64,000 bases of DNA, taken from the NCBI GenBank assembly GCA_024103495.1, contig JAGFIQ010000171.1:1439-65438 (forward strand), read 5' to 3'. Under the pieces are notes generated by a model that made no database searches, was not told where the DNA came from, and was given only the letters and a program-made list of their open reading frames with translations. This stretch comes from Aridibacter famidurans (GTDB lineage: Bacteria > Acidobacteriota > Blastocatellia > Pyrinomonadales > Pyrinomonadaceae). This document shows, one piece after another, positions 1 to 9,167 of the stretch. Every line of letters begins with the position of its first letter. Within the stretch, counting starts at the first letter, position 1. The position numbers were made by a program, and so were the translations under genes.

Positions 1-316
1 GCTCGTTGAGCTGGCTGGGATCGGTCGTCTTGGGAGGCGAAGGATCGACCCTGGTTATCTGGAAACCCTGCGGAATGTTCGCTCCCTCGTGGATCTCTAC
101 GCGCGACATCTTTCCCGATACGGGCGCGGTGACGACGTAGCGGTCGTGATACCGTGTGGTGCCTTCCGCATCGATCGTTTCCATCAGTTGTCCGCGCGAG
201 GCCTCGCCCGTCTGGACAGAAACCGCGGCTTCACGGAAGAACGCGAAATATGCGAGCGCGAGGGCCGCGATAACTCCGAGCGCAATGAACAGGTGTTTTC
301 GGGTCAGTTTCGGCAT
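1..316 (-). CDS. efflux transporter periplasmic adaptor (HlyD/membrane-fusion family); N-terminal ~105 codons only, gene runs off the window start
   Basis: My own minus-strand translation from ATG 316-314 gives MPKLTRKHLFIALGVIAALALAYFAFFREAAVSVQTGEASRGQLMETIDAEGTTRYHDRYVVTAPVSGKMSRVEIHEGANI... It has an N-terminal TM anchor followed by a V.APVSG...V lipoyl-like hairpin typical of MFPs. It lies 4 nt downstream of the FtsX permease stop on the same strand. Confidence 0.6.
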   Translation of the reverse strand, partial: MPKLTRKHLFIALGVIAALALAYFAFFREAAVSVQTGEASRGQLMETIDAEGTTRYHDRYVVTAPVSGKMSRVEIHEGANIPQGFQITRVDPSPPKTTDPSQLNE

Positions 317-320
317 CGGG

Positions 321-2708
321 TCATTCCCTTGTTTTCAGGACCTCGATCAGGTCCAGGTTCCTCAGCCTCCAGGCGACAAGAAGGCCCGAAAGGAGCGCCG
401 CAAACGCGACGATCAGGAAGGAGTAAACAAACGTCGCGGTGCTGATGACAAGCGGGAGACGTATGATCTCGGCGTCGATCGCGCGGGTTATCGCGAAGCA
501 GAGCACGAATCCGATCGCCCAGCCGACGGGAGCCGCCCATCCGGTCAAAATCGCCTGTTCGCCGAGCAATATCACGCCGATCTCCCTGCGCGTGAAGCCG
601 AGGACCCGCAGGCTCGCGAGCTCGCGCCCTCGCTCTGAAAGCGCGATCCGGGCGCCGTTATAAACGACCCCGAACGCGATCACGCACGCGAATCCTATCA
701 AAAAAGCCGTCGAGGTTCCTATCGTCTGGCCGACGGTCTCGTTGAAACTGTCCAGCGCCGCCTGAGGCCTTCCCACGCCCGCCACTGCAGGAGTGTTCTT
801 CAGCGTTTCGTAGAGCTCCTCGGCGTACTTATCGTCAACTTCGAGATACGCGCCCGAAACCACGTCCGATTCCTTCAAGAGCCTGTGAAGAGCGTCCGAA
901 TCCATATACACGCCGAGCCCGATGGCTTCTTCGACCGTGTCCGCGACCGACACTTTCGCAACGGGCCTCGATCCTTCCGTGACCTCTACAGTGACTTCGT
1001 CGCCTTCGGCCGCCCCGAGCGATTCCGCGAGCGTGGTCGAAAGGACGATTCCTTCGTTCGGGATCCTGACGTCGCGCAGGTTCTTGTCGACGATGTTCCT
1101 TAGGCGGCCGCCCTGCTCCATTCCGACGAGGCCGGCGCGCCTCGAATGGCTTCCGAAACGGAGTTTCACAGGCACCGCGCGGTAGGTCTCGACGCGGTTC
1201 ACGCCGGGCAGATTCAGTAGTTCGTATCGCGTTTCGGAGGGCATCGGCTCGTTGAACGTGACCTCGACGTCCTCAAGCTGGACCCTGTTGAACTGGATCT
1301 CGATCAGCCGGTTGATGGCGTCGTAGAAATAGAAGCCTATGAACAGGAGGGCTACCGAAAGCGAGATCCCGACGATGGATAGGAGCGCTTTCAGGGGATG
1401 GCGAGCCAGATTGCGCGCGATCATACGCACTTCCGCAGAGAACATCTTATTCAGCCCGGATCTTTCGAGAAATCCCGCCTGGAAATCAGCGGGTGGTTCC
1501 GGCCTCATCGCTTCCGCGGGCCTGGTCGTGACCGCCCTTCGGACCGACGAGACCGCGCCGACCGCCGCGGCGGCGAAGCTGATCGCGAACGCCCATACGA
1601 TGACGGAAAAGGGAACGGTGAATTCGAGGATAGGGAACCGGAAGAAATCGGCGTAGAGTGCGGTCATGCCCGATCCGAGCCACGCTCCCAGTGCGATCCC
1701 GATAATGACACCCCCGACTATGGCGAGCACGGCGAGCTTCAGGTAGTGCAGTCCGATGGTCCGGTTCGAATAGCCGAACGCCTTCAAGAGGCCGATCTGC
1801 TCGCGCTCGATGCCGACAAGCCTGGAAAGTATCAGGTGAAGCAAGAATGCCACAACGCCGAGGAAGATCGCCGGAATGAACGTCCCGAAAACCTCCAGTT
1901 CCGAAAGCTCGTTCGAGACGAATCGATGCGAGTACTGGTCGGTCCTGCCTATCGCGCCAGTTCCGCCGTAAGTCTCGAGGACGTCATCGAGCTTCTCAAT
2001 CACATCCGCCTCGTTCGCGCCCGGAGCCAGCGTCAGCGATACGTCGTTGAATGCGTTCTCCATATCGAACGCCGCCGCGGCGGACCGCCGTGACATCCAG
2101 AGGATCCCGAACCGCCGGTTGTCGGGGAATATGCTTCCGGGTCGTATCTCGTAAATGTATTCCGGTGAAAGAGCGATCCCCGCGATCGTCAGCCTTCTCC
2201 ATCGGCCGTTGATCACCACGTTCAGCGAATCCCCCGGGTTCAGCCCGTTGGCCTCGGCGAACGCCCCACTTATCAGCACCTCGTCTCGGGCTCCTTCTGT
2301 CAGTTCACGTCCGCGCTGAACATAAAGGCCGTTCAGGATAGAACCACTCGAGCGGTCGACCGAGACCAGGCGTCCCTGAGCGGGTTCGGGAAGGTCCGGC
2401 AGGTCGATCGTGACGTTCGAAACGACCCTTGTCTGCACCTCGGAAACTCCGGGGATCTTCCTGATGTCCTCGCGAATGCTATCGGGCGCGCGCTTGACCG
2501 ATGAGAAGACATCCGCGAAACGGTAGAGCGAGTAGTACGTGTCGCGCGATAACAGAAGCGAGTCGTAGGTCGCCTGCATTGCCACGAATGAAGCGACGCC
2601 GCAGGCGACGACGAGCGCGGTAGCGAAGACCTGTCCGCGCAGGTGGTTGATGTCGCGCACGAGCTTCTTGTTGAGCGGAGACAGGAGTTTGAGCCGTTGC
2701 TTCACCAC
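321..2708 (-). CDS. ABC transporter permease, FtsX/MacB-type with duplicated FtsX domains
   Basis: 795-aa ORF with an N-terminal TM, a large periplasmic domain and then 4-TM FtsX-like blocks present twice. It overlaps the upstream ATPase gene by 7 nt, suggesting translational coupling. Confidence 0.85.
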   Translation of the reverse strand: MVKQRLKLLSPLNKKLVRDINHLRGQVFATALVVACGVASFVAMQATYDSLLLSRDTYYSLYRFADVFSSVKRAPDSIREDIRKIPGVSEVQTRVVSNVTIDLPDLPEPAQGRLVSVDRSSGSILNGLYVQRGRELTEGARDEVLISGAFAEANGLNPGDSLNVVINGRWRRLTIAGIALSPEYIYEIRPGSIFPDNRRFGILWMSRRSAAAAFDMENAFNDVSLTLAPGANEADVIEKLDDVLETYGGTGAIGRTDQYSHRFVSNELSELEVFGTFIPAIFLGVVAFLLHLILSRLVGIEREQIGLLKAFGYSNRTIGLHYLKLAVLAIVGGVIIGIALGAWLGSGMTALYADFFRFPILEFTVPFSVIVWAFAISFAAAAVGAVSSVRRAVTTRPAEAMRPEPPADFQAGFLERSGLNKMFSAEVRMIARNLARHPLKALLSIVGISLSVALLFIGFYFYDAINRLIEIQFNRVQLEDVEVTFNEPMPSETRYELLNLPGVNRVETYRAVPVKLRFGSHSRRAGLVGMEQGGRLRNIVDKNLRDVRIPNEGIVLSTTLAESLGAAEGDEVTVEVTEGSRPVAKVSVADTVEEAIGLGVYMDSDALHRLLKESDVVSGAYLEVDDKYAEELYETLKNTPAVAGVGRPQAALDSFNETVGQTIGTSTAFLIGFACVIAFGVVYNGARIALSERGRELASLRVLGFTRREIGVILLGEQAILTGWAAPVGWAIGFVLCFAITRAIDAEIIRLPLVISTATFVYSFLIVAFAALLSGLLVAWRLRNLDLIEVLKTRE

Positions 2709-3454
2709 GATAGTTCTCCCGGACTCGCCTTTTCTTCGTTGGCCTCGATCGAGACGATCCGTCCGCTCCCGATCCGTATCACGCGGTCGGCCATCCTCGA
2801 GATCGCCTCGTTGTGAGTGATGACAGCGGTCGTGGTGTTCAACTCGCGGTTCACGCGCTCGATGACCTCAAGCACGATCTTGCCGGTCTTGTAGTCGAGA
2901 GCACCGGTCGGCTCGTCGCACAAGAGGACGTCCGGCTGTTTCGCGACGGCGCGCGCGATGGCGACCCTCTGCTGTTCGCCTCCGGAAAGCTGAGCGGGAA
3001 AATGGTGCAGGCGGTCGCCTAGGCCGACCAGCTTCAGTGCTTCGGCCGGATCCATAGGATCGACGGCTATCTCGGTTATCAGCTGGACGTTCTCTAGCGC
3101 GGTCAGCGAGGGGATCAGGTTGTAGAACTGGAAAACGAATCCGACGTGGTCGCGCCGGTACTCGGTGAGAGCGACATCGTCCGCTTCCGTGAGGATGTGA
3201 TCGCGGAAAGTAACAGTTCCGGAAGTGGGAGTGTCGAGACCGCCTATGATGTTGAGGAGCGTCGACTTCCCGCTGCCGGACGCGCCCAGAAGGACAGCGA
3301 GCTCGCCTTCGAACAGGTCCAGATCGACTTCGCGAAGGGCGTGAACATCGACCTCGCCCATGTGATAGACCTTCGACAGCCCGCGGGCCTGGAGGACGGC
3401 TACCGGGTTACCGGTTTTTTCAGTAGTTCGGGCGGGATCGGTGATGGCGTCCAT
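2702..3454 (-). CDS. ABC transporter ATP-binding protein (MacB/LolD-like)
   Basis: Walker [10 protein letters not shown], signature [14 protein letters not shown] and Walker [12 protein letters not shown] are all present in the 250-aa ORF. Confidence 0.93.
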   Translation of the reverse strand: MDAITDPARTTEKTGNPVAVLQARGLSKVYHMGEVDVHALREVDLDLFEGELAVLLGASGSGKSTLLNIIGGLDTPTSGTVTFRDHILTEADDVALTEYRRDHVGFVFQFYNLIPSLTALENVQLITEIAVDPMDPAEALKLVGLGDRLHHFPAQLSGGEQQRVAIARAVAKQPDVLLCDEPTGALDYKTGKIVLEVIERVNRELNTTTAVITHNEAISRMADRVIRIGSGRIVSIEANEEKASPGELSW

Positions 3455-3603
3455 TATACAGGACGGAAATGCAACGAACGTGCCTCTCGACTGCGTTTCT
3501 AAATCGTTGTGTTACTTAGTGTTGGGGGGATTGTCCGGCGCCGGATCGAGGGAATCCGGTGCTCATCCGCGGGCAAGTGCGGGGAATTCAGCCGTTTAGC
3601 AGG

Positions 3604-3672
3604 CGCTGAGCCGGCTGAGTTGACCGAGTTCTGTGAGTTGACTGAGTTTGGTGAGTGGACTGAGTCTGGTAG
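3604..3672. repeat. heptamer tandem array, GAGTTGN/GAGTCTG-type (~10 units)
   Basis: Read directly: gctgagc cggctga gttgacc gagttct gtgagtt gactgag tttggtg agtggac tgagtct. Confidence 0.8.
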
Positions 3673-3779
3673 GTTAGCGCATTGCGGCTCCGCCGCCGTG
3701 ATGTGCGGAAAGGCTCTGCCTTTCCAGCGGGGCGGTCACCAGACTTCCCAGCCGCGTAGCGGCGTTAATCGATAGCGAC

Positions 3780-3862
3780 GTCGCTACGCGACTGAGGAGA
3801 TCGTTCGCAACACTCCCCGTGGACTGAAGGCCACGGCTAAGATACAGGTTCGCTACGCGAAC
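3780..3862. repeat. ~83-bp composite repeat, copy 1 (GTCGC-TAC-GCGAC ... CCGTGG-N-CCACGG ... GTTCGC-TAC-GCGAAC)
   Basis: About 90% identical to 4151-4233. It contains three small palindromes. Confidence 0.85.
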
Positions 3863-4150
3863 TAACCTCCGTACCGTGATGTCAACCGCCGCTGCGCGAC
3901 ATCGGAGGTTAATATTGAACGGTCTCCGTGTTCCTCAGTGAAGACCTCAGTGCTCTCTGTGGTCAATCTTCTCCTTAGCCTCCGAGTCGGTTCAGTGGGT
4001 TTTAACCACAGAGGTCTCAGAGTGCGTCACGGAGGTCACAGAGGAAGGCGATCGTCGGCAGGTAACGTCGCTACGCGAACGAGAGATCCGGTGCCGGTGG
4101 TAGCCCTCCCCCACGGTCGGGCATCAAACACGCTCACCGCTCACTCAAAA

Positions 4151-4233
4151 GTCGCTACGCGACTGAGGAGATAGTTCGCGACGCTCCCCGTGGCCTGAAG
4201 GCCACGGCTAAACTCAGTGTTCGCTACGCGAAC
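4151..4233. repeat. ~83-bp composite repeat, copy 2
   Basis: gtcgctacgcgactgaggagatagttcgcgacgctccccgtggcctgaaggccacggctaaactcagtgttcgctacgcgaac aligns end to end with 3780-3862. Confidence 0.85.
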
Positions 4234-4291
4234 GAAACGCGCGGTGCCGACGGTAGCCCTCCCTGACGGTCGGGCTTCGGACACGCTCACC

Positions 4292-4332
4292 GTGAACTTT
4301 CTTTGAACTTTGAACCTGGAACTTGGAACTGG
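4292..4332. repeat. heptamer array (GAACTTN-type) ending 1 nt before the korB stop codon
   Basis: tgaactt..tgaactt tgaacct ggaactt ggaactg; korB TAA is at 4334-4336 (minus). Confidence 0.8.
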
Positions 4333-4333
4333 C

Positions 4334-5209
4334 TTAGACCACGATCGCTTCTTCCCTCACCGGCTCCTCGAACTTCTTCACGATCTCGTTCACGCGGTCG
4401 TGATACGTCGGCCCTTCCTCCTTCAGGAACAGGCCCGTGTAGATCGGGTCCTGGCTCTCCGAAAGCACCAGCGCCTGGACGCGGTCCGTCGGTTCGTAAT
4501 CGGACGGAAGCTTCGCCACCTCACTCTGGACGCTTTCGTAGGTCACCGTTTTGTGGAACTCGATGCACGGCGAAAGCACGTGGACAAGCGAGAACCCCTT
4601 GTGCTTCATCGCCTCGCCGATCAGGCGGGTGCACTCGTCACGATCCTGCGAGAAAACTCTCGCCACAAACGTGGCGCCGTAGGTCAGGGCCATTGTGGAA
4701 GCGTTCAGTGGCTTCGAAATGTTCCCGTAAGGCGAAGTCGCGCTGACCATCCCCATCGGGGAAGTCGGCGACGTCTGGCCCTTCGTGAGCCCGTAAATGG
4801 CATTGTCCAGAAGAAGATACGTCAGATCGAAGTTGCTTCTCGCGGCGTGCGGGAAGTGGCCTCCGCCGATCCCGACCCCGTCGCCGTCGCCTCCGACGAT
4901 CACGACCTCAAGTTCGGGATTCGCGAGCTTAACGCCGGTCGCGATCGGGACCGCGCGGCCGTGCAGGGCGTGAAGCCCGAAGCCCTTGATGAAGAAGGGG
5001 AACCTGCCGGAACAGCCTATGCCGGAGACAAGGACGAAGTCCTTCGAATCGATGTGCTGCTGCTCCATAGCCTCGTAGAGCGCCTGAAGCGGGGTGAAGT
5101 GCCCGCATCCGGGACACCAGGTCGGCAATGTGTCGCGGTGTTTCCGCGCTTTTGTCGCCTTCGCACGCTCAAACGATTGCAAGACGTGACGTTTCTGTAG
5201 CAAGTTCAT
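4334..5209 (-). CDS. korB: 2-oxoacid:ferredoxin/acceptor oxidoreductase beta subunit (TPP-binding)
   Basis: N-terminal WCPGCGH motif and a GDGD...G TPP-binding block (VIVGGDGDGVGIGGGH). It overlaps the korA stop by 41 nt, so the true start may be an internal TTG/GTG. Confidence 0.88.
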   Translation of the reverse strand: MNLLQKRHVLQSFERAKATKARKHRDTLPTWCPGCGHFTPLQALYEAMEQQHIDSKDFVLVSGIGCSGRFPFFIKGFGLHALHGRAVPIATGVKLANPELEVVIVGGDGDGVGIGGGHFPHAARSNFDLTYLLLDNAIYGLTKGQTSPTSPMGMVSATSPYGNISKPLNASTMALTYGATFVARVFSQDRDECTRLIGEAMKHKGFSLVHVLSPCIEFHKTVTYESVQSEVAKLPSDYEPTDRVQALVLSESQDPIYTGLFLKEEGPTYHDRVNEIVKKFEEPVREEAIVV

Positions 5210-6950
5210 TCTGCACCTCTTTGATCTTGTCGGCTATTTTTCTGGGGCTGACCGGAGTGACTCCGGGGAAATGCATCTCGTGCGGCCTTATTCCGTACCG
5301 CGATTTCATGAGCGCCGCGTACTGGCCGCTGTGGTTCATCTCGGGGATGATGACCTCCGAGCAGGAGTCGAAGAACGCCCGGAAATCCTCCTCGCGCTGG
5401 GGATTGATCATCATCGAGACGATCAGCTTCGATTTCACGCCTTCCTCGCGGGCGATCTCCATCGCTTCTATCACCGCGCCGCGGACCGAGCCCCAGCAGC
5501 TGAGGCCTATCTCCGCGTCCTCGTCACCTATGATCTGCGGCTTCGGCAGCTCCTTCTGAAGAGTTTCGAACTTCCTGTACCGCTTCTCCTGCATACGCAG
5601 ATGCACCTGCGCGTCAAAGTTCGGATTCCCGGTCTCGGAATGCTCGAGCCCCGTTACCGAATAAAGCGCACCGGGCTCGCCCGGTATGACCCACGGAGAG
5701 ATCCCCGTGTCGGTGTCGGTAAAGCGGTTGTAGTTTCCGAGTTCTTCTTCCGAAGGACTGACTCGGGTGCTCCGGTCGCGCTCGATCTTGCGCTCGATCC
5801 GGTCGACCTCGGTCCTCTGCCCGAGGAAAAGATCACTCAGGAAGATCACGGGGGTCTGGAACCGCTCGGCGATATCGAAAGCGAACTGAATTCCGGAATA
5901 GCATTCTTCGGCGTTCGTAGGGGCCATCACGACCCTCGGTGAATCGCCCGATCCGCCGTACATCGCGATGTTCAGGTCGCCCTGCTCGACCTTCGTGGGA
6001 AGTCCCGTCGAAGGGCCGCCGCGCTGGACGTTGGCGATCACGATCGGGATCTCCGACATCACCGCCATATTGATCATCTCGCTCATAAGCGCGAGCCCGG
6101 GGCCGGCCGTCGAAGTCATCGCGCGCTTTCCGGCGAAAGAAGCGCCGACGACGGCACCGAGCGCCGCGATCTCGTCTTCGGCCTGCAGCATCCAGCCGCC
6201 GAGCTTCGGAAGCTCGCGCGCGACGATCTCCATTATCGTCGTTGCGGGCGTGATCGGGTATCCGGCGAAGAACTTCAATCCGCAATCGAGCGCGCCTTGC
6301 GCGACAGCCTGGTTCCCGGTGATCAGTTTTTTCGCTTCGGAATCTTCGGGCGTGTCGAGCGTCGTGTGCGGGCCGTAATGTTCGTCGCAGTAAGATCTTC
6401 CGGCCAGAAACGCGTCGATGTTCCTCTGGACGACCTTATCGCCCTTCTTCGACAGCTTTCTTTCGATGAGCTCGGTAAAAATGTCCGGCGGGAGACCCAG
6501 GAGATAGCTCAGTGCGCCCATCGAGACGATGTTCCGGGCGATCGTCGAACGCGCGTTCTCGTTCGAAAGCCTCTTTAAGGGGACCGCGAACGAGCCGAGA
6601 TTATCCGGTATGTGTTCGGGAAGCCCGTGTTCTTCGCGCGCTTCGGGCGTATTCTCGCAGTCGAAGATCACGAATCCGTCGGACTTTATGTCCTTGATCT
6701 CCGGGATCGATTCTCCGACGGACATCGCGACGAGCGCGTCGATGCCGTCGCCCATAGAGCGGACGCGGGTCGGCGAGACGCGTATGTCGGTCGTGCTCTT
6801 CCCGAGACCGCGGATCTCGGCGCTGAAGTTGTCGTTGACAAGTACGTCGAGCCCCATGTCGGCGGCCGCTCCGGAGAACACCTTACCGGACGTGACGATG
6901 CCGTCGCCGGCGATACCGCAAAATCGGACTGTGGCGTGCTGTTTTCTCAT
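5169..6950 (-). CDS. korA: 2-oxoacid:ferredoxin/acceptor oxidoreductase alpha subunit
   Basis: 593-aa ORF with a gamma-like N-terminal domain (GIAGDGIVTSG) and the pyrimidine-binding domain (GYPITPAT). It is directly coupled to the flanking genes. Confidence 0.88.
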   Translation of the reverse strand: MRKQHATVRFCGIAGDGIVTSGKVFSGAAADMGLDVLVNDNFSAEIRGLGKSTTDIRVSPTRVRSMGDGIDALVAMSVGESIPEIKDIKSDGFVIFDCENTPEAREEHGLPEHIPDNLGSFAVPLKRLSNENARSTIARNIVSMGALSYLLGLPPDIFTELIERKLSKKGDKVVQRNIDAFLAGRSYCDEHYGPHTTLDTPEDSEAKKLITGNQAVAQGALDCGLKFFAGYPITPATTIMEIVARELPKLGGWMLQAEDEIAALGAVVGASFAGKRAMTSTAGPGLALMSEMINMAVMSEIPIVIANVQRGGPSTGLPTKVEQGDLNIAMYGGSGDSPRVVMAPTNAEECYSGIQFAFDIAERFQTPVIFLSDLFLGQRTEVDRIERKIERDRSTRVSPSEEELGNYNRFTDTDTGISPWVIPGEPGALYSVTGLEHSETGNPNFDAQVHLRMQEKRYRKFETLQKELPKPQIIGDEDAEIGLSCWGSVRGAVIEAMEIAREEGVKSKLIVSMMINPQREEDFRAFFDSCSEVIIPEMNHSGQYAALMKSRYGIRPHEMHFPGVTPVSPRKIADKIKEVQNELATETSRLAIV

Positions 6951-8683
6951 CAGGCCGCCACCTCCGTTCCGGTTTCCGGCCGCTCGCGTGTGATCTGAAC
7001 CGGCTGGACGACCGTCTTGTAGTGATATTTAGAGACCGAGATGCAGTGGACCGGGCACGCCTTCAGGCAGTTGCCGCAGCGTATGCACTCGTCGTTGTCG
7101 ATGGCGATCGCCTCGACCTCCTCCCAGTTCTTTGTCCTTTCGTACTTCAGATCGCCGTCCTCGCCGACCGTGATGTCCTTCGCCAGGTGAATACAGTCGA
7201 CCGGCATCACGTCGATGCACTTCATGCAGTAGATGCACCGGTCCAGGTCGATCTGGAAGTTGTAGTGGCAGAGGTAGCAACGGTGCGCTTCGGTGATCGC
7301 CTGTTCATTGAGCAGTCCCGTTTCGACCTCGGCGGTCTGCGTGCGCGCCGATACCGGAATGGTCGGCATTTTCTCCTGCGGGAGGAAATCGTGCTCGCGG
7401 TTCCTCGGGAGGGACGCGATCGGAACTTCGGAGATTTCTACGATCTCTTCGAACTTCTCGCCCGAAAGCTGCTCGTGCACCTGGCGGCCCACCTTTCTTC
7501 CGTCGGCGCAGGCTCCGATCACGGTTCCGGATCCGTTCCGGAAATCGCCCGCGAGAAAGAGGTTTCCCTTCGCTTCGGGAACCGACTCGTCCTTTACGTC
7601 GACGCCTTCAAGATCTTCGGCGGTCTGCCCGATCGCGAGAATGATGGTGTCCGCCTCGATGATGTATTCCGATCCTTCGACAGGCGACATCTTTCCGCCT
7701 TCGCCGATCTCGTTCTTGATCAGTTTGATCCCGACGGCCCTGCCGTCTTCCACGACGATCTCGACAGGCGATACCTGGAGCTGCAGGTCGATCTGTTCCT
7801 CGGCTAGATGGTGAAGCTCTTCTTCACCCGAGAACTGCATAAAATCGATCGTGCGGCGGTAGGCGATCGTGGTCTCGTCGGCGCCGATTCGGTACGAGGT
7901 GCGGGCGCAGTCAAGTGCGGTGAACCCGCCGCCGATGACGACCGTCTTCTTCGGCTTAGCCTCGAGTTCTTCCCGGTTGGCCTGCATCATGAAATCGAGG
8001 CCCCAGAAAACGCCCTCGGCGTCCTTGCCGGGGAGGCCGAACATCGTGGGCAGCATACAGCCGCCGGAGACGATGACCGCGTCGTATTGGGCCTTTAGAT
8101 CGTCAAGCGCCTCCCACGAATCGATGCGCGTGTTGCATTTTATCTCGACCCCCAGGTCGGTGATGGACTTGATGTCCTTTCGGACTATGTCGGCAGGAAG
8201 GCGGAACTGAGGGATGCCGTAGCGCATCATCCCGCCCGGCTCTTCATATTGTTCGATAACTGTGACGGAATATCCGAGCAATGCGAGGTCGTTGGCGGCG
8301 GTCAGGCCCGCCGGGCCTGCGCCGATCACGCACACGGTCTTGCCGTTGGGCGTGATGTCGGGCTTTAGGTCTTCCATTCCGAAGTCAGCGGCGGACCTTT
8401 TCAGAAAGCAGATCTGCACCGGCTCTCCGAGTCCCTCACGGCCGTGGCGGCATTCGGGCTCGCACGGGCGGTGGCACACGCGGCCCAGGACACCCGGGAA
8501 GACGTTGTCGAGGCGGTTGATCAGATACGCCTTTTCGTAGTCTTCGTGGATGATCGCTTCGATGTAGCCCGGAATGTCAGTCTGGATCGGACAGGCGGAC
8601 TGACAGGGCACATTTACCTCTACCCATTTTCGGTCGATGATGTCCCTCGACACGAAAGGTTCGCTGTTCATAGAACTATCCAT
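6950..8683 (-). CDS. GltD-like FAD/NAD(P)H oxidoreductase fused to a C-terminal 2x[4Fe-4S] ferredoxin domain (KorC-like third subunit)
   Basis: The N-terminal Cys cluster region (CQSACP...CHRPCEPEC) and dinucleotide fold VCVIGAGPAGLTAA resemble the glutamate synthase small chain. The C-terminus carries CIYCMKCIDVMPVDC and CIRCGNCLKACPVHC. The stop overlaps the korA start by 1 nt. Confidence 0.8.
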   Translation of the reverse strand: MDSSMNSEPFVSRDIIDRKWVEVNVPCQSACPIQTDIPGYIEAIIHEDYEKAYLINRLDNVFPGVLGRVCHRPCEPECRHGREGLGEPVQICFLKRSAADFGMEDLKPDITPNGKTVCVIGAGPAGLTAANDLALLGYSVTVIEQYEEPGGMMRYGIPQFRLPADIVRKDIKSITDLGVEIKCNTRIDSWEALDDLKAQYDAVIVSGGCMLPTMFGLPGKDAEGVFWGLDFMMQANREELEAKPKKTVVIGGGFTALDCARTSYRIGADETTIAYRRTIDFMQFSGEEELHHLAEEQIDLQLQVSPVEIVVEDGRAVGIKLIKNEIGEGGKMSPVEGSEYIIEADTIILAIGQTAEDLEGVDVKDESVPEAKGNLFLAGDFRNGSGTVIGACADGRKVGRQVHEQLSGEKFEEIVEISEVPIASLPRNREHDFLPQEKMPTIPVSARTQTAEVETGLLNEQAITEAHRCYLCHYNFQIDLDRCIYCMKCIDVMPVDCIHLAKDITVGEDGDLKYERTKNWEEVEAIAIDNDECIRCGNCLKACPVHCISVSKYHYKTVVQPVQITRERPETGTEVAA

Positions 8684-9136
8684 TCGGTGATTTACCCCTT
8701 TTGCGTGATCCTGCCCCGGCCGCGCTTTCGCGGCTTGCCTTGCTCGAATTTCAAATAACTACGGCGGGAATTGTCCCTGAAGTGTCGTATGCCGCCATTG
8801 TAATGCAAGTCAGGGGGATATTCGAAATGAAATCGGGGTTGGAGCGCGGGCGTCCCCGCCAGCAAATGTCCGGCGAGCTTCAGCTTGTCGGGAGTTCACC
8901 ACGGAGAGCACAGGAGACAATGAGAGAAAGCGTGGATTGGAAACCGGTAAGCTTCAGGCCGTCGAGGGGCGCGAGTGGTTCGAAAAGTACTCGTATTTCG
9001 GGTCTGCGGCTTCGCCGCCACTGTGTGCGGAAAGGCTCAGCCCTTTCGGCGCGCTTTTTTTCTGATTTTGGCGGGCTGCGCCCGCCAATGCAGCCCGGAG
9101 GGCTGCTCTAAACGGAAGCGGAGGCTTTTCCAATCA

Positions 9137-9167
9137 ATTCACGATTTTCGATTCACGATTCACGACC
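9137..9167. repeat. heptamer array (minus-strand GTGAATC-type) containing the molybdoenzyme stop codon
   Basis: attcacgattttcgattcacgattcacgacc; the minus-strand TGA is at 9153-9155. Confidence 0.8.

Noticed and set aside
3509-3775. ORFs reading through heptamer arrays (3509..3775, 29024..29470, 3938..4174, 27906..28523).
   Set aside because: Their translations are just the periodic array read as protein (for example AELTEFCELTEFGEWTESG and SELSELGELAELAGFGELAGFAESGEF). They lack ribosome-binding sites and overlap real gene ends.
8971-8995. A GGTTCGAA T-loop-like sequence, as a hint of a tRNA gene.
   Set aside because: The flanking bases do not form a 5-bp T-stem, and no acceptor or anticodon arms can be drawn. 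I found no convincing tRNA in any intergenic region, but a formal tRNAscan was not possible.
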